From Candidatus Latescibacterota bacterium (GTDB lineage: Bacteria > Krumholzibacteriota > Krumholzibacteriia > WVZY01), in contig CAWBQK010000017.1 in NCBI GenBank assembly GCA_963791045.1, positions 256,001 to 320,000 of the forward strand: a stretch of DNA of 64,000 nt. Reading direction: 5' to 3'. Positions 18,882 to 29,518 of this stretch are shown in pieces. The number at the start of each line of letters is the position of its first letter. The first letter of the stretch is position 1. The notes under the pieces were generated by a model that was given only the letters and a program-made list of their open reading frames with translations, was not told the DNA's origin and searched no databases. Both the position numbers and the translations under genes were made by a program.

Positions 18882-21218
18882 ATGGCAGAGCACCTGATAA
18901 GGTGTGGTATAATTGGTGGACAGGAACCCGACCTGCCCATCCTGAGCGCGCTTCACAATGCGAAGCGTGTCGATATTGTATTCATTTACGACAAGGATCA
19001 GACCGCCGTCGGAATCGAAATCGCCGAAATACTTGGCATCCCCCGCTATCACACACCCGAACATCTAGCCGGCGCCACCGATATCGAATGCGCCGTGGTT
19101 GCGGAGCCCCGTGAAAAACACAACGCGGAAATCGCGCTGTTGACGCGAACCGGCTGCAAAATACTGAACCCCTCCGAGGCTCTTCAGCAGCTCGCCCATA
19201 TCGACCCCGCGTTACCGGTGTCGGAACCTGACGGTTCCGCGAGGCAATCGATCGACGATACGTTTGTCGCGCTCGAGAGACTTTTTGATCGCAAGGAGCT
19301 TTTGAAGTTCCTTCTCGAAGTGGCGACACAATCTACGTCGAGTTCGGCGGGATCGATAATGTTGTACTCCCCGGAGACGCGCGATCTCTTCATCGCATAC
19401 GCGGTTGGCTTGAGCGATCGAACCGTCAAACGCACCCGGCAAAAACTGGGGCATGGTGTGGCGGGCAAGGTCGCTCAAACAAGAAGCCCGATGCTTCTCG
19501 GGTCGGCCGGTGATCTTGGAAACTATCCTCACGAACGAGACCGGGTTGATATAGGAACGGCGATCTCCGTTCCGTTGTTGTGGGGCGAGCGGCTACTCGG
19601 CGTGCTGAACGTATCGGTCGATCAGGACGCGCGGCAGCACGACGAAAAAGACCTCGAAACACTAAAATTGCTTTCACGTCGAATTTCACACGTTCTTAAT
19701 CAATCCCTCAAGCTCGATGAAGTTCAGATACGGCATCAGGAGTGGCGGTTTCGCTCAACCATGGGGGAGATCGCCCTCAAACCAATATCCACCCAGGAAA
19801 AGTTTGCCGTCTTGTCGAAATACCTCTCAGAACTGATGGGGGCCGAGACGGTCGAGATTTATCTGAACACGACAGAAGGGGACTGGTTCGTGTTGGGCGG
19901 ATCGAACCGGCTTCTCTCTCCGACCGATAAACGGGTGAGGATTCAAAGGGGCGCGCTGAGCCGCGCGTTTCTCGACAACCGAGCGATCGTCCTCAAGGAA
20001 GGCGCAGGAGACGGAGGTGGGGACGCTCTTCAAGCAGTGGCGAGCGCCGTGTTCTGTCCGCTGGGGACTACTGAATCGCTGGGAGTTATCGTATTTGAAT
20101 TTACGGAACAGTATAGACTCGATGAGTTTTTGACGGTAAAAGACGCGATCGTTCACGAAATCTCCCGATTCCTGGCCTCAGAAACACGCGAACGAAAACT
20201 GACACGCGAACTCCGCGCACTTCGCATGATTTCGGACGCGGCGCCGGCCGTGCTGGGCTGCCGCACTATCAAGTCGCTCGTCGACACGCTCGCGTCGACC
20301 GTTGCCGTGATTCTTGAGAGTGAACGCGTGTCGGTACGCCTTGCGGAAAACCTCGGAGCGGACACATACCTCGAAAGCACATTCGGCGTACCGAAGGAAA
20401 TTCTCATCGAGTGGAGAGGCGACGACAAGGAGAGGTTCGACACTCTTGAGCGTGACAAAAAGTCATTTTCCACCGCTTTTTTGAGTTTCGATCCCCGGGT
20501 GATGGAAGCCGGAGCGGAACGTGTTCAACAGCGGCCCGGGAATGCTCCCGGCTATCGCTCCGCTCTCGCGTTCCCCGTGACAAGCACCGACGGGTTTCTC
20601 GGCGGGATCATTGCCTATGACAAAAACGCCGACGATCCGCTTGAAGATGCGGTGTATTCGGAGCTCGATCGGAAGATCCTCGAAAACATCGTTGGCCTGG
20701 CCGAGCCTGTACTGGACGCGATTCTGCGCCGTCGTCCGGTGGCGAAAGCGGGTGAGACGGTGGCGTTTGAAAGTGTCATTGGGGAGAACTACGATCGCTT
20801 GAAGGAGCTCTGCGACAACGAAATCTCCAGGGCCGACCGCTATCACAACGCGTTCACTTTGGTGCTATTCCGGGTCGATCCAATGGACGCTCTCTTCGAA
20901 TCAAATCGCGAACAAGCGCTTGCCTTGTCCGAGGACATGGGGCAAGGTCTCAAAACCCGAACCAGAAAAACTGATTTTGGAGCCTGGATAAAACCAGGCA
21001 CATACGCGATTCTAACTCTCGACGGTGGGCGCCGAATCCGCTTCCTTATATCCCGCGCGGTTATGTATCTCGGGAAGGACTTATCCACACTCGAAGGATA
21101 TCCCGCGGAGGCGAAGAGGATCCTTGTCGGCACCGCCGGCTATCCGGGAAAGTCTAAATCGGCCGACGAAATGGTCGCCGAAGCGGAAGCCTCGCTCAAA
21201 CCCTTCCAGCCGGAATAG
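18882..21218 (+). CDS. Multi-GAF signalling protein with N-terminal Rossmann-like domain and degenerate GGDEF domain
   Basis: GHGVAGKVA...SVPL..LGVLNV GAF motif; EISRADRY and RKTD present, GGDEF replaced by KPGTY. Confidence 0.7.
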   Translation: MAEHLIRCGIIGGQEPDLPILSALHNAKRVDIVFIYDKDQTAVGIEIAEILGIPRYHTPEHLAGATDIECAVVAEPREKHNAEIALLTRTGCKILNPSEALQQLAHIDPALPVSEPDGSARQSIDDTFVALERLFDRKELLKFLLEVATQSTSSSAGSIMLYSPETRDLFIAYAVGLSDRTVKRTRQKLGHGVAGKVAQTRSPMLLGSAGDLGNYPHERDRVDIGTAISVPLLWGERLLGVLNVSVDQDARQHDEKDLETLKLLSRRISHVLNQSLKLDEVQIRHQEWRFRSTMGEIALKPISTQEKFAVLSKYLSELMGAETVEIYLNTTEGDWFVLGGSNRLLSPTDKRVRIQRGALSRAFLDNRAIVLKEGAGDGGGDALQAVASAVFCPLGTTESLGVIVFEFTEQYRLDEFLTVKDAIVHEISRFLASETRERKLTRELRALRMISDAAPAVLGCRTIKSLVDTLASTVAVILESERVSVRLAENLGADTYLESTFGVPKEILIEWRGDDKERFDTLERDKKSFSTAFLSFDPRVMEAGAERVQQRPGNAPGYRSALAFPVTSTDGFLGGIIAYDKNADDPLEDAVYSELDRKILENIVGLAEPVLDAILRRRPVAKAGETVAFESVIGENYDRLKELCDNEISRADRYHNAFTLVLFRVDPMDALFESNREQALALSEDMGQGLKTRTRKTDFGAWIKPGTYAILTLDGGRRIRFLISRAVMYLGKDLSTLEGYPAEAKRILVGTAGYPGKSKSADEMVAEAEASLKPFQPE

Positions 21219-21334
21219 TTTTCAACAGATATTATCTTCTGGGCGGGCTCCACAAGGGGCCTCCCGTTGCCAAACGCATACCCTCATGTTATGTTTGGGT
21301 CGCCAATCACCCCCCAGCCAGATCAGGAGCAGGT

Positions 21335-23185
21335 ATGTCTGTTATAAAAACGCTTCCCGAAGCGGTGGCGCGGCAGATTGCCGCCGGGGAAGTCGTCGAA
21401 CGTCCCGCATCGGTCGTTAAGGAACTCATCGAGAACGCTCTCGATGCGGGTTCCCAAAGTTTGTGGGTCACGACGGCGGGAGCGGGAGTCGATCTTATCG
21501 AAGTGCGTGACGATGGACGCGGGATGTCGCGTGAAGACGCCATGATGGCGCCGAGAAATTTCGCGACGAGCAAGATCGAAAGCGCGGACGAACTGTTTCG
21601 CATCGAGACGTTCGGTTTTCGCGGCGAAGCATTGGCCGCGATTTCAGCCGTGTCAAAGCTCAACATCATCACCAGCGATCGTGACGACGGGGAAGGTTGC
21701 CGGGTGACGGTTGAAGGGAAGTCCGATCCTACCGCCATGCCGGCTCCTCACGAACGGGGCACGACTGTTCGAATAGAGAACTTGTTCTTTAACACGCCTG
21801 CGCGCAAAAAATTCTTAAAAAGTGAAATTACCGAACGGCGCAGAATACTCGAGACAATTCTGGGGTTTGCATTGGTGTCTCCTTCTCTCGAACTGCACTA
21901 CACAGACGACGGACGCAGGGTCCTCGACCTCGTCCCGATGGCCACCTGGGAAGAGCGTGTGGCGGCCATAATGGGCGGCACCACAATGACCCACATGGTC
22001 GCCGTCGAAGCCGATGAACGTCCGATGAGAGTGTCCGGTTTTGTGAGCTTGCCTACCTATACGCGTTCCAACAGGAACCACCAGTATTTTTATGTGAACG
22101 GCCGGCTCGTTCGTGAGAAGACGATCATGCGCGCCGTCCAGGAAGCGTACAGAAACGTTATACCATTTAAACGTTTTCCAGCCGTGGTTCTGTCGGTTGA
22201 GGCTCCGTACGAGGATGTCGATGTGAACGTGCATCCCACAAAGCTCGAAGTTCGATTGAGTAACGAACGAAGGGTGTTCGACATCGTCCGGCGCGCGATT
22301 AAACAATCGCTGACGGCAAGCTCCGAGGAGACTCTCGAGGTCGGCTATGCCAGTACGGGGACGGGGGAAGGCAAGTCGTTCGAGGTTATTGACGGCGGCG
22401 CAAGCGCGAATCCCAGATCGCTTTTTTCCGGTGTCCGCGAGGAAACGATGGATGGGGATGCCGCGCAATACAAGGCTCGGGTCCGCGATGCGGTCGATTC
22501 GTATCTCGATGACGGCCGGCCTCCACAGAATCTCGGTTCAAAGCTCTCACTCCAGAACGACGACGAGGTCAGAACGCCGGCGCCGGGGGGCAAGCCCATT
22601 GACGAACGCATCCAGGCGGACGACGCACTATTTTGGCAGTTCAATAATTCGTACATATTTATTCAGGTTCGCGGCGGGATAGTTGTTATCGATCAGCACG
22701 CCGCCCACGAACGCATTATTTTTGACACGAGCAAGCGGCAGCTCCAGAGCGAGATTCCCGTATCACAACAAATACTGTTTCCGATCACGCTGGAACTATC
22801 GATGTCAGAACTCGAAGTGTTCCGTTCGACCAAGGACATCTTCCGAAAACTGGGATTTCACCTCGAGCCGTTTGGAGGGATGAACATCCTGGTCCGGGGG
22901 TATCCCCAGGGATTGAAGAACTGGTCCGAAGGACGCCTGCTTCGACACATTTTCGACGACATTTTGAACGACAAAGTTCCCGGCAATAGCCACGCGGATC
23001 AGATGATCGCGAGTTTTGCGTGCAGAAGCGCCGTAAAAGCGGGGCAAAAACTGAGCGTCGATGAAATGAAAATGCTGGCCGACCAATTGTTCGCCGTCGA
23101 GAATCCGTACTCATGTCCCCACGGCCGGCCGACGATTCACAGGTTATCTCTAGAGGACATGGAGCGTTGGTTCTCCCGCCGATAA
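21335..23185 (+). CDS. mutL: DNA mismatch repair endonuclease MutL
   Basis: IAAGEVVERPASVVKELIENALDA, GFRGEAL, DQHAAHER, CPHGRP. Confidence 0.97.
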   Translation: MSVIKTLPEAVARQIAAGEVVERPASVVKELIENALDAGSQSLWVTTAGAGVDLIEVRDDGRGMSREDAMMAPRNFATSKIESADELFRIETFGFRGEALAAISAVSKLNIITSDRDDGEGCRVTVEGKSDPTAMPAPHERGTTVRIENLFFNTPARKKFLKSEITERRRILETILGFALVSPSLELHYTDDGRRVLDLVPMATWEERVAAIMGGTTMTHMVAVEADERPMRVSGFVSLPTYTRSNRNHQYFYVNGRLVREKTIMRAVQEAYRNVIPFKRFPAVVLSVEAPYEDVDVNVHPTKLEVRLSNERRVFDIVRRAIKQSLTASSEETLEVGYASTGTGEGKSFEVIDGGASANPRSLFSGVREETMDGDAAQYKARVRDAVDSYLDDGRPPQNLGSKLSLQNDDEVRTPAPGGKPIDERIQADDALFWQFNNSYIFIQVRGGIVVIDQHAAHERIIFDTSKRQLQSEIPVSQQILFPITLELSMSELEVFRSTKDIFRKLGFHLEPFGGMNILVRGYPQGLKNWSEGRLLRHIFDDILNDKVPGNSHADQMIASFACRSAVKAGQKLSVDEMKMLADQLFAVENPYSCPHGRPTIHRLSLEDMERWFSRR

Positions 23186-24111
23186 TGAATCCAGACCAAA
23201 AAGCGATTGCCATAATGGGCGCCACCGCCACGGGCAAGTCCGATCTCGCCATCGAACTTGCCGGGTGTTTTGATGGTGAAATCATCTCAATGGATTCAAG
23301 ACAGGTCTACCGCGGGTTCGACATAGGAACGGGAAAAGTCACCGCGGACGACGTGCGGCGCGTACCCCACCATCTGATTAACAATCTTGATCCCAACGAA
23401 GTCAACAGCGCGGGCGCGCACGTGTCTCGAGCGCTCGACGTTTTTGGGCGTATCCGCACGCAGGGAAAGATCGGATATTTTGTCGGTGGTACGGGATTAT
23501 ATTTCAGAGCGCTGTTCGATGGTTTGATTTCTCTCGACGCGGACGCAGAAGAAAGAGAAGCCCTCCGCAAACGCCTGGACGAAAACACGACCGACGAGTT
23601 ATTCGATGAGCTCACGAAGGTTGATCCGGATCGAGCCAGGGATCTGGCGAAGGCGGATCGTGTGAGAATCCTCAGATCGCTCGAAATCTACCATGCCACA
23701 GGAAAACCGCATTCCGAACATATTGCCGGCCAGGAAAAACCGGCGCGGTGGCCTGGTTTGAAAATAGTCTTAACCATGCCGCGTCTGGTGCTCAGGGCGG
23801 CGATTGCGCGCCGTACACGCCTTATGTATGAGAAGGGGTGGTGCGGTGAGGTTCGCGCCCTGCTCGAAGCGGGAGTAGGCCTGGATTCGCCCGCAATGAA
23901 CGGACTTGGGTATGGCGTGATCGGACAATCCATCCTCGACGGCGGGGATCCGGAATCGACTGTGGACCGGGTCATCACGCTCACACAACAATTTGCCAAA
24001 AGACAAGAAACCTTCTTTCGGAGCGTCCAGGATGCCGTATGGGTGGATGTTGTGGCCCAAAGCCCCCTCGAACGGGTCAAGCCGCTTATCCAACGCCATT
24101 TGGAGCTTTAA
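23185..24111 (+). CDS. miaA: tRNA dimethylallyltransferase
   Basis: GATATGKS, DSRQVYRGFDIGTGK, VGGTGLY, FAKRQ.T. Confidence 0.95.
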   Translation: MNPDQKAIAIMGATATGKSDLAIELAGCFDGEIISMDSRQVYRGFDIGTGKVTADDVRRVPHHLINNLDPNEVNSAGAHVSRALDVFGRIRTQGKIGYFVGGTGLYFRALFDGLISLDADAEEREALRKRLDENTTDELFDELTKVDPDRARDLAKADRVRILRSLEIYHATGKPHSEHIAGQEKPARWPGLKIVLTMPRLVLRAAIARRTRLMYEKGWCGEVRALLEAGVGLDSPAMNGLGYGVIGQSILDGGDPESTVDRVITLTQQFAKRQETFFRSVQDAVWVDVVAQSPLERVKPLIQRHLEL

Positions 24112-24118
24112 TTATAAC

Positions 24119-24147
24119 TTGACATAAAAATGCTAACATGCTACAAA
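24119..24147 (+). promoter_or_regulatory. Promoter for tRNA-Gly
   Basis: TTGACA-17 nt-TACAAA with TG extension, 20 nt before the tRNA. Confidence 0.55.
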
Positions 24148-24166
24148 GACTTACGTTATTAAACGA

Positions 24167-24242
24167 GCGGGCATAACTCAGCTGGTAGAGTGTCAGCTTC
24201 CCAAGCTGAGAGTCGCGGGTTCGAATCCCGTTGCCCGCTCCA
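24167..24242 (+). tRNA. tRNA-Gly(CCC)
   Basis: GCGGGCA acceptor stem, TCAGC-TTCCCAA-GCTGA anticodon arm, GGTTCGAATCC, CCA end. Confidence 0.97.
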
Positions 24243-24257
24243 ATTCATCTAATACAT

Positions 24258-25040
24258 TTGCCAGTCCCTTTCTCAAGAATAACCACCCTCCAGGTGATCG
24301 CCCTTACCGTGTCGATTCTCGCCGGTTGCGGCTCGCCGCGGTCTACAGTGGACGACAAGTCGACTGTCGAACAAGGCGTCGCGTTATACATCGCCGGCGA
24401 TCACGCTGGCGCCGAGTTATTGTTTCTTGAGGTTCTCGACAACCCGGAGTCCGACGAAGATCTGGTAACGGCGCATCTTTACCTCGGCCGGATCTATCTC
24501 GAGGCGAACGAATACCAGAAAGCGGCTGATGTGCTTTCCGCGGGCAGGGCGCTTGGCGGAGACGTTCGGTTTGATGAGTACTTCGAAATAGCGGCGAGTC
24601 ATTTACGCGCGTCATCCTCGCAGATCATTCAGGAGGATGTTATTTCAAGGGGACAGCTTGCCGCGTTACTGATGGACATGTTTGGCGATGTCCTCGATCG
24701 GGAAATGAGAGCGGGGACGCGAGAGGAATCCGACACGACGCACTGGGCTGAGGGTTGCGTTCATTTCGCCGAAACGACCGGCGTCATGAAAAAACTTCCC
24801 GATGGGAGTTTTCATGAGGATGCAAACGTGACGCGTCCGGCGTTCTTTATGGTCGTCGCGAGGCTTGCCCATCTGCTTGGCCTTGAAGATGGTGTTGAGG
24901 CGGAAGCGTTTCCGGGAGGGTTCCGCGAGGCGGTTGTAACGCTTGACGCTGAGAACACAACGAGCGGCAACGAAGGTTATGTTTCGGGACGGGAAGCATT
25001 ATCCGTCCTGGGTATCGTGGCGCGGGCCGCGGGTATTTGA
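24258..25040 (+). CDS. Lipoprotein with TPR and SLH-like domain (start uncertain)
   Basis: LAGC lipobox; HWA...GVM...DGSF...VTR motif resembling SLH. Confidence 0.65.
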   Translation: MPVPFSRITTLQVIALTVSILAGCGSPRSTVDDKSTVEQGVALYIAGDHAGAELLFLEVLDNPESDEDLVTAHLYLGRIYLEANEYQKAADVLSAGRALGGDVRFDEYFEIAASHLRASSSQIIQEDVISRGQLAALLMDMFGDVLDREMRAGTREESDTTHWAEGCVHFAETTGVMKKLPDGSFHEDANVTRPAFFMVVARLAHLLGLEDGVEAEAFPGGFREAVVTLDAENTTSGNEGYVSGREALSVLGIVARAAGI

Positions 25041-25067
25041 AATTAACTCGAAGGACAAAAAGATCAC

Positions 25068-26378
25068 ATGAAAGCGCCTGCCAGTGTAGCAATCGTCGGA
25101 CGTCCGAACGTGGGCAAATCGACGTTATTCAACCGGCTGACACGATCGCGGTCGGCGCTTGTTCATCCCGAGCCAGGGGTGACCCGGGATACTCAGCGGG
25201 GAAGCTGTGATTGGAATGGTATACCCTTCGAGGTGATCGATACGGGCGGTTTGTTCTCGGGTAAAGAGGATGATCTCGCGCTTGAAATCGAGCGCCGGGC
25301 CATGAATGAAGCGCTCAATGCGGACGCAATGATTTTTGTTACCGATTCCGGTTCCGGGATCACAACAGCGGACTACGAGGTCGCCGAAAAACTCCGTGAA
25401 GTGAAGGTGCCGATCATTCTCGCGGCGAACAAGTCAGAGAAGAAGAAAGACCTTCATGCGGCGAATGAATTTTTCGAGCTTGGGTTCCCGATCGTATGCG
25501 CGATAAGCGCTCTGCATGGAGACGGAGTGGGAGACCTGCTTGACGAACTCGTGTCGCACCTTCCAAAGCGGAAGGCGGCGAGCGTCAACAGGGATCTCAA
25601 GCTCGCGCTGGTGGGATGCCCGAACGTGGGCAAATCGAGTCTGATCAACCGTCTCGTTGGTTCCGATTCCGCGATTGTTGATCCGCGGCCTGGGACAACG
25701 CGCGACAGCATTGACACGCTTGTGAAATGGCACGGTCGGGATTTGGTGCTCGTCGATACGGCGGGGATCAAACGAAAAAACCGCACCAAAGACGGGTTGT
25801 CCGCGATCACCGCCTTGAAGAGCATCGATGCGATTTCGCGTGCGGAGATAATCGGTTTGGTTCTGGACGCGTCGAGAGAGATATCGAACCAGGACGTCAA
25901 AGTGGCGAGCTATGCCCACAAGGCGGGCAAAGGAATAATGATTTGCGTCAACAAGTGGGATCTGGTTGACAAGGAAACGGGCACGGCGGACACATTTGAA
26001 AAAAGAATCAGACGATCTCTTCGCTTTATCGGATACGCGCCGATGATGTTTGTCTCGGCCCTCGAAGGCCAGCGGGTGAGCAAAATATTCGACCTCGCGT
26101 GGCGGATAAAGGAATCCCGTGAGAACAGGGTAACGACCGGCGAGCTCAATCGTTACATTGAGGAGTTGATTTCCAGAACACCACCACCGGCGTACGGCGG
26201 TGGAAACGGACGGATTTATTACATCTCGCAGGTCGATACCGCGCCGCCGGTGTTCAACTTGTCGGTCAACAGGAGCGACTTCTTCAGCCGGTCGTATCTG
26301 AGATTTCTCAACAACAAGATTCGAGAAACTTACGGATTTGAGGGAACGGTAATCCGAATAAAACTCAGGGATCACTAG
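25068..26378 (+). CDS. der: Ribosome biogenesis GTPase Der/EngA
   Basis: Two G-domains (GRPNVGKS, GCPNVGKS; DTGG, DTAG) plus KH-like C-terminus. Confidence 0.97.
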   Translation: MKAPASVAIVGRPNVGKSTLFNRLTRSRSALVHPEPGVTRDTQRGSCDWNGIPFEVIDTGGLFSGKEDDLALEIERRAMNEALNADAMIFVTDSGSGITTADYEVAEKLREVKVPIILAANKSEKKKDLHAANEFFELGFPIVCAISALHGDGVGDLLDELVSHLPKRKAASVNRDLKLALVGCPNVGKSSLINRLVGSDSAIVDPRPGTTRDSIDTLVKWHGRDLVLVDTAGIKRKNRTKDGLSAITALKSIDAISRAEIIGLVLDASREISNQDVKVASYAHKAGKGIMICVNKWDLVDKETGTADTFEKRIRRSLRFIGYAPMMFVSALEGQRVSKIFDLAWRIKESRENRVTTGELNRYIEELISRTPPPAYGGGNGRIYYISQVDTAPPVFNLSVNRSDFFSRSYLRFLNNKIRETYGFEGTVIRIKLRDH

Positions 26379-26381
26379 TCA

Positions 26382-27026
26382 ATGGGCCAGGGTTATTTCA
26401 TAGATCTGTCAGCCGTCGCACTGGTCGGTTATCTGGTGGGCGCGATTCCGTTCAGTTATCTGGCGGGAAAAGTGTTCGCTGGACTCGATCTAAGAGAGCA
26501 TGGCAGCGGCAACCTCGGAGCGACCAATTCGTTCCGTCTCCTTGGACCGAAGATAGCCATCGGGGTTCTGATAGGAGATGTGGCGAAGGGGTTCTTGCCG
26601 GTTTATTTTGCCGCCCAGATAGCGCCGGAGAATGTTGTGCCCACCAATTGGTTGATGCTCGTCGGAGCATTCTCTGCGGTTTTGGGCCACATGTTTTCGC
26701 CCTACGTGAAATTCAGCGGCGGAAAAGGTGTGGCGACGGCGACCGGGGCCTACCTGGCGCTCGCCCCCGCCGCCATTGGGATTTCGGCAGTAATTTTCTT
26801 TCTAGTATTTGCGGCAAAGAGGATCGTCTCGCTGGCGAGCATGGCCGGCGCCGTAACGCTGCCTGTCGCGATCTATGTTCTCGACTGGACGGGCGTGGTC
26901 CCATCGCACTCGTCGCTTTTTATCGTGTCGGTTCTCGTCGCGATTGTGATGCTTGGGAAACACCACAGCAATATAAAGAGGCTGCTTGCGGGCGAGGAAC
27001 CCGCGTTGCAAAGGACCAGGCGGTAA
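26382..27026 (+). CDS. plsY: Glycerol-3-phosphate acyltransferase PlsY
   Basis: GSGNLGATN, GHMFS..F.GGKGVAT, KH.SNIKRL..GEE. Confidence 0.95.
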   Translation: MGQGYFIDLSAVALVGYLVGAIPFSYLAGKVFAGLDLREHGSGNLGATNSFRLLGPKIAIGVLIGDVAKGFLPVYFAAQIAPENVVPTNWLMLVGAFSAVLGHMFSPYVKFSGGKGVATATGAYLALAPAAIGISAVIFFLVFAAKRIVSLASMAGAVTLPVAIYVLDWTGVVPSHSSLFIVSVLVAIVMLGKHHSNIKRLLAGEEPALQRTRR

Positions 27027-27030
27027 TTTG

Positions 27031-28083
27031 ATGTCGAACGATCTGAAAATATGTGTGCTGGGGGCGGGGAGCTGGGGGCTTACTCTGGGGCTCCTTCTGG
27101 CGGAGAATGGACACCGCGTGACGATGTGGGAGTTCAATCCTAAGTTTGCGGAGGAATTGAGGACGGCGAGAGAGAGTAAACAGTTTCTGCCGGGAGTTCG
27201 GATTCCACAGAGCATCCCGATCGAGACGGATCTGTCGTTGGCGCTCACCGGCGCGGATCTCGTCCTGTTCGTGGTCCCGAGCCACGGCGTGAGGGAAACG
27301 GCGCGGGCCGCGGCGCGCGTATTTGATTTCGACAAGGGAACGCTCGTTGTAAATGCCGCCAAAGGTCTTGAAGAAGGATCGCTAAAAAGAATGAGCGAAG
27401 TCCTCGACGATGAACTTCCCGTCGACGCCGATAGGATTCTTACGCTCGCGGGGCCGAGTCATGCCGAAGAAGTGAGCCGGCACATGCCGACCTCCGTGGT
27501 CGCGGCGGGGAGCGACGGCGATAATGCGCGCAAGATCCAGGAAGTGTTCTTTAGACCGTATTTTCGTGTGTACACCAACTCGGACATTATCGGGGTTGAG
27601 ACGGCCGTATCGATCAAGAACGTAATTGCGATCGCTGCCGGAGCGTGCGACGGACTCGGGTACGGCGACAATACGAAGGCGGCACTTCTCACGCGCGGCA
27701 TGGTGGAAATTACACGGCTCGGCGTGGCGCTTGGAGCCAGGCGTGAAACGTTTTTTGGTTTGGCGGGCATCGGCGATCTTATTGTGACGGCGCTGAGCCG
27801 CCACAGCCGAAACCGGCATGTCGGACAAAAGATCGGCGAAGGACAGAAGCTCGACGAAATCCTTTCCGAAATGGTGATGGTTGCCGAGGGCGTGCGAACA
27901 ACGAGGGCGGCCAACGAACTTGCAACAAAACTTGGTGTGGAAATGCCTATCACCCGGGGTGTATACGAGGTGTTGTTTGCCGGGGCGGATCCACGAGAGG
28001 GAATCAATCAGTTGATGAATCGTCCGCCGCAGGATGAAATGCGGTGGATGGAATCGAGCCAAACGAAAGGGGGGCGACAGTGA
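27031..28083 (+). CDS. gpsA: NAD(P)H-dependent glycerol-3-phosphate dehydrogenase
   Basis: [30 protein letters not shown]. Confidence 0.96.
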   Translation: MSNDLKICVLGAGSWGLTLGLLLAENGHRVTMWEFNPKFAEELRTARESKQFLPGVRIPQSIPIETDLSLALTGADLVLFVVPSHGVRETARAAARVFDFDKGTLVVNAAKGLEEGSLKRMSEVLDDELPVDADRILTLAGPSHAEEVSRHMPTSVVAAGSDGDNARKIQEVFFRPYFRVYTNSDIIGVETAVSIKNVIAIAAGACDGLGYGDNTKAALLTRGMVEITRLGVALGARRETFFGLAGIGDLIVTALSRHSRNRHVGQKIGEGQKLDEILSEMVMVAEGVRTTRAANELATKLGVEMPITRGVYEVLFAGADPREGINQLMNRPPQDEMRWMESSQTKGGRQ

Positions 28084-28478
28084 GGTACAAGACCGGTTCG
28101 GCCAAGATGTATTATTCGATCAGCGAAGTGGCTGATATGACCGGTGTCAAGGCCCACGTGCTCCGGTATTGGGAGACCGAATTCCCAAGCCTCCGGCCCA
28201 AAAAGAACCGGGCGGGGAATCGGAACTACCGTCCGAAAGACATCAAGGCCATTCTCGTGATTCGCGATCTTCTCTACAAAGAAGGATTCACGATCAGCGG
28301 CGCGCGAAAAAAACTACAGGAGCATTACGGGAATCCGGATCCTCTTATCAACCAGCTTCAGATCCCGTTTGCGGATCCGCAGGCGCGTCAGATTCTGACC
28401 ACCATAAAAAATGAACTGCAGGAGCTGCGGGATAAGGTTTCCGAATCAGTCGAAGAGAAAAAAGTCGATTCCGCTTGA
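28080..28478 (+). CDS. MerR-family transcriptional regulator
   Basis: YYSISEVA...[23 protein letters not shown]. Confidence 0.9.
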   Translation: MRYKTGSAKMYYSISEVADMTGVKAHVLRYWETEFPSLRPKKNRAGNRNYRPKDIKAILVIRDLLYKEGFTISGARKKLQEHYGNPDPLINQLQIPFADPQARQILTTIKNELQELRDKVSESVEEKKVDSA

Positions 28479-28516
28479 AACAGCCTCGACCATGAATTAA
28501 AGTACCCGAATAAGGT

Positions 28517-28594
28517 CGGGGCGTGGCGCAGTCCGGTTAGCGCACTAGTCTGGGGGACTAGTGGTCGCTGGTTCAAATCCAGTCGCCCCGACCA
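28517..28594 (+). tRNA. tRNA-Pro(GGG)
   Basis: CGGGGCG stem, CTAGT-CTGGGGG-ACTAG arm, GGTTCAAATCC, ACCA end. Confidence 0.97.
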
Positions 28595-28653
28595 TTTTCG
28601 TTGACGCAGATCCCTCCCTCGGCGCCTGTCGAAGTTCGACCACCGATGTTCGA

Positions 28654-29505
28654 ATGATCAGTTACCTCTCTTATAACGTTGGCTCGTTTTTCGCCCGGCA
28701 TTTGCCGCCGCCGCTTTCCCAATCGATTACCAGGACGATAGGCCTCAATTTTTGCCGCCTTAGACCGGGGCTCCGTGAGAACGTCGCCCAAAACCTCCGC
28801 ATCGTTCTCGGAGATGAAGCGACGGATAGAGAGATCGACCGGCTGTCGAGAAATGTTTTTGTGAATTTCAGCCGAAGCATCTATTGTTTTCTGCGGCTGC
28901 CGCACATGCGTGATAGCGAACTGGCGCGCTGCTGCGATGTGAGTGAAGCGACGGAAATGGCCGCTGATTTCAGAGGCAATGGCGGCTTTGTGCTGGCCGG
29001 CCCGCATGTGGGCGCGTGGGAAATCGGCGGAGCGTGTCTGAGCGCGAGAGGAATCGGGATTCATACCGTGGCGTTCGAACATCCGTCGCGGGCGGTCACT
29101 CGTTTCTTCGAAGATCGTCGGAAGGGAATGGGTATCGCTTGCCACCCGATCGGAAAGTCATTCAACGTACTGGCGCAGGCGCTCGAACGGGGTAAGTGTG
29201 TCGCGCTCCTTGTGGATCGGGGCTCCGGGCGTGGCGAGAAGAAATACTCGTTGTTCGGCCATCGAATCGGACTTCCCAGCGGGCACGCGGCGCTTGCCGT
29301 CCGTTGTTCGGTTCCGATCGTCACTGCGGTTTGTGTTTTCGCTGGAGACGACAAGCTTAAACTCGAACTCAGAGGACCCTACTATCCGGACAGCTCGCTC
29401 GGCGACACGGCTGCCGTGGATGACTTAATCGAGAAATGTCGCCTCGACACCGAGGGGTTCATCAGGAAATATCCCGAGCAGTGGTTTAACTTTCGGCCAA
29501 TTTGA
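28654..29505 (+). CDS. LpxL/HtrB-like lipid acyltransferase
   Basis: H.GAWE motif, VALLVDR, IRKYPEQWF. Confidence 0.82.
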   Translation: MISYLSYNVGSFFARHLPPPLSQSITRTIGLNFCRLRPGLRENVAQNLRIVLGDEATDREIDRLSRNVFVNFSRSIYCFLRLPHMRDSELARCCDVSEATEMAADFRGNGGFVLAGPHVGAWEIGGACLSARGIGIHTVAFEHPSRAVTRFFEDRRKGMGIACHPIGKSFNVLAQALERGKCVALLVDRGSGRGEKKYSLFGHRIGLPSGHAALAVRCSVPIVTAVCVFAGDDKLKLELRGPYYPDSSLGDTAAVDDLIEKCRLDTEGFIRKYPEQWFNFRPI

Positions 29506-29518
29506 AGGCGGTGGGCGT

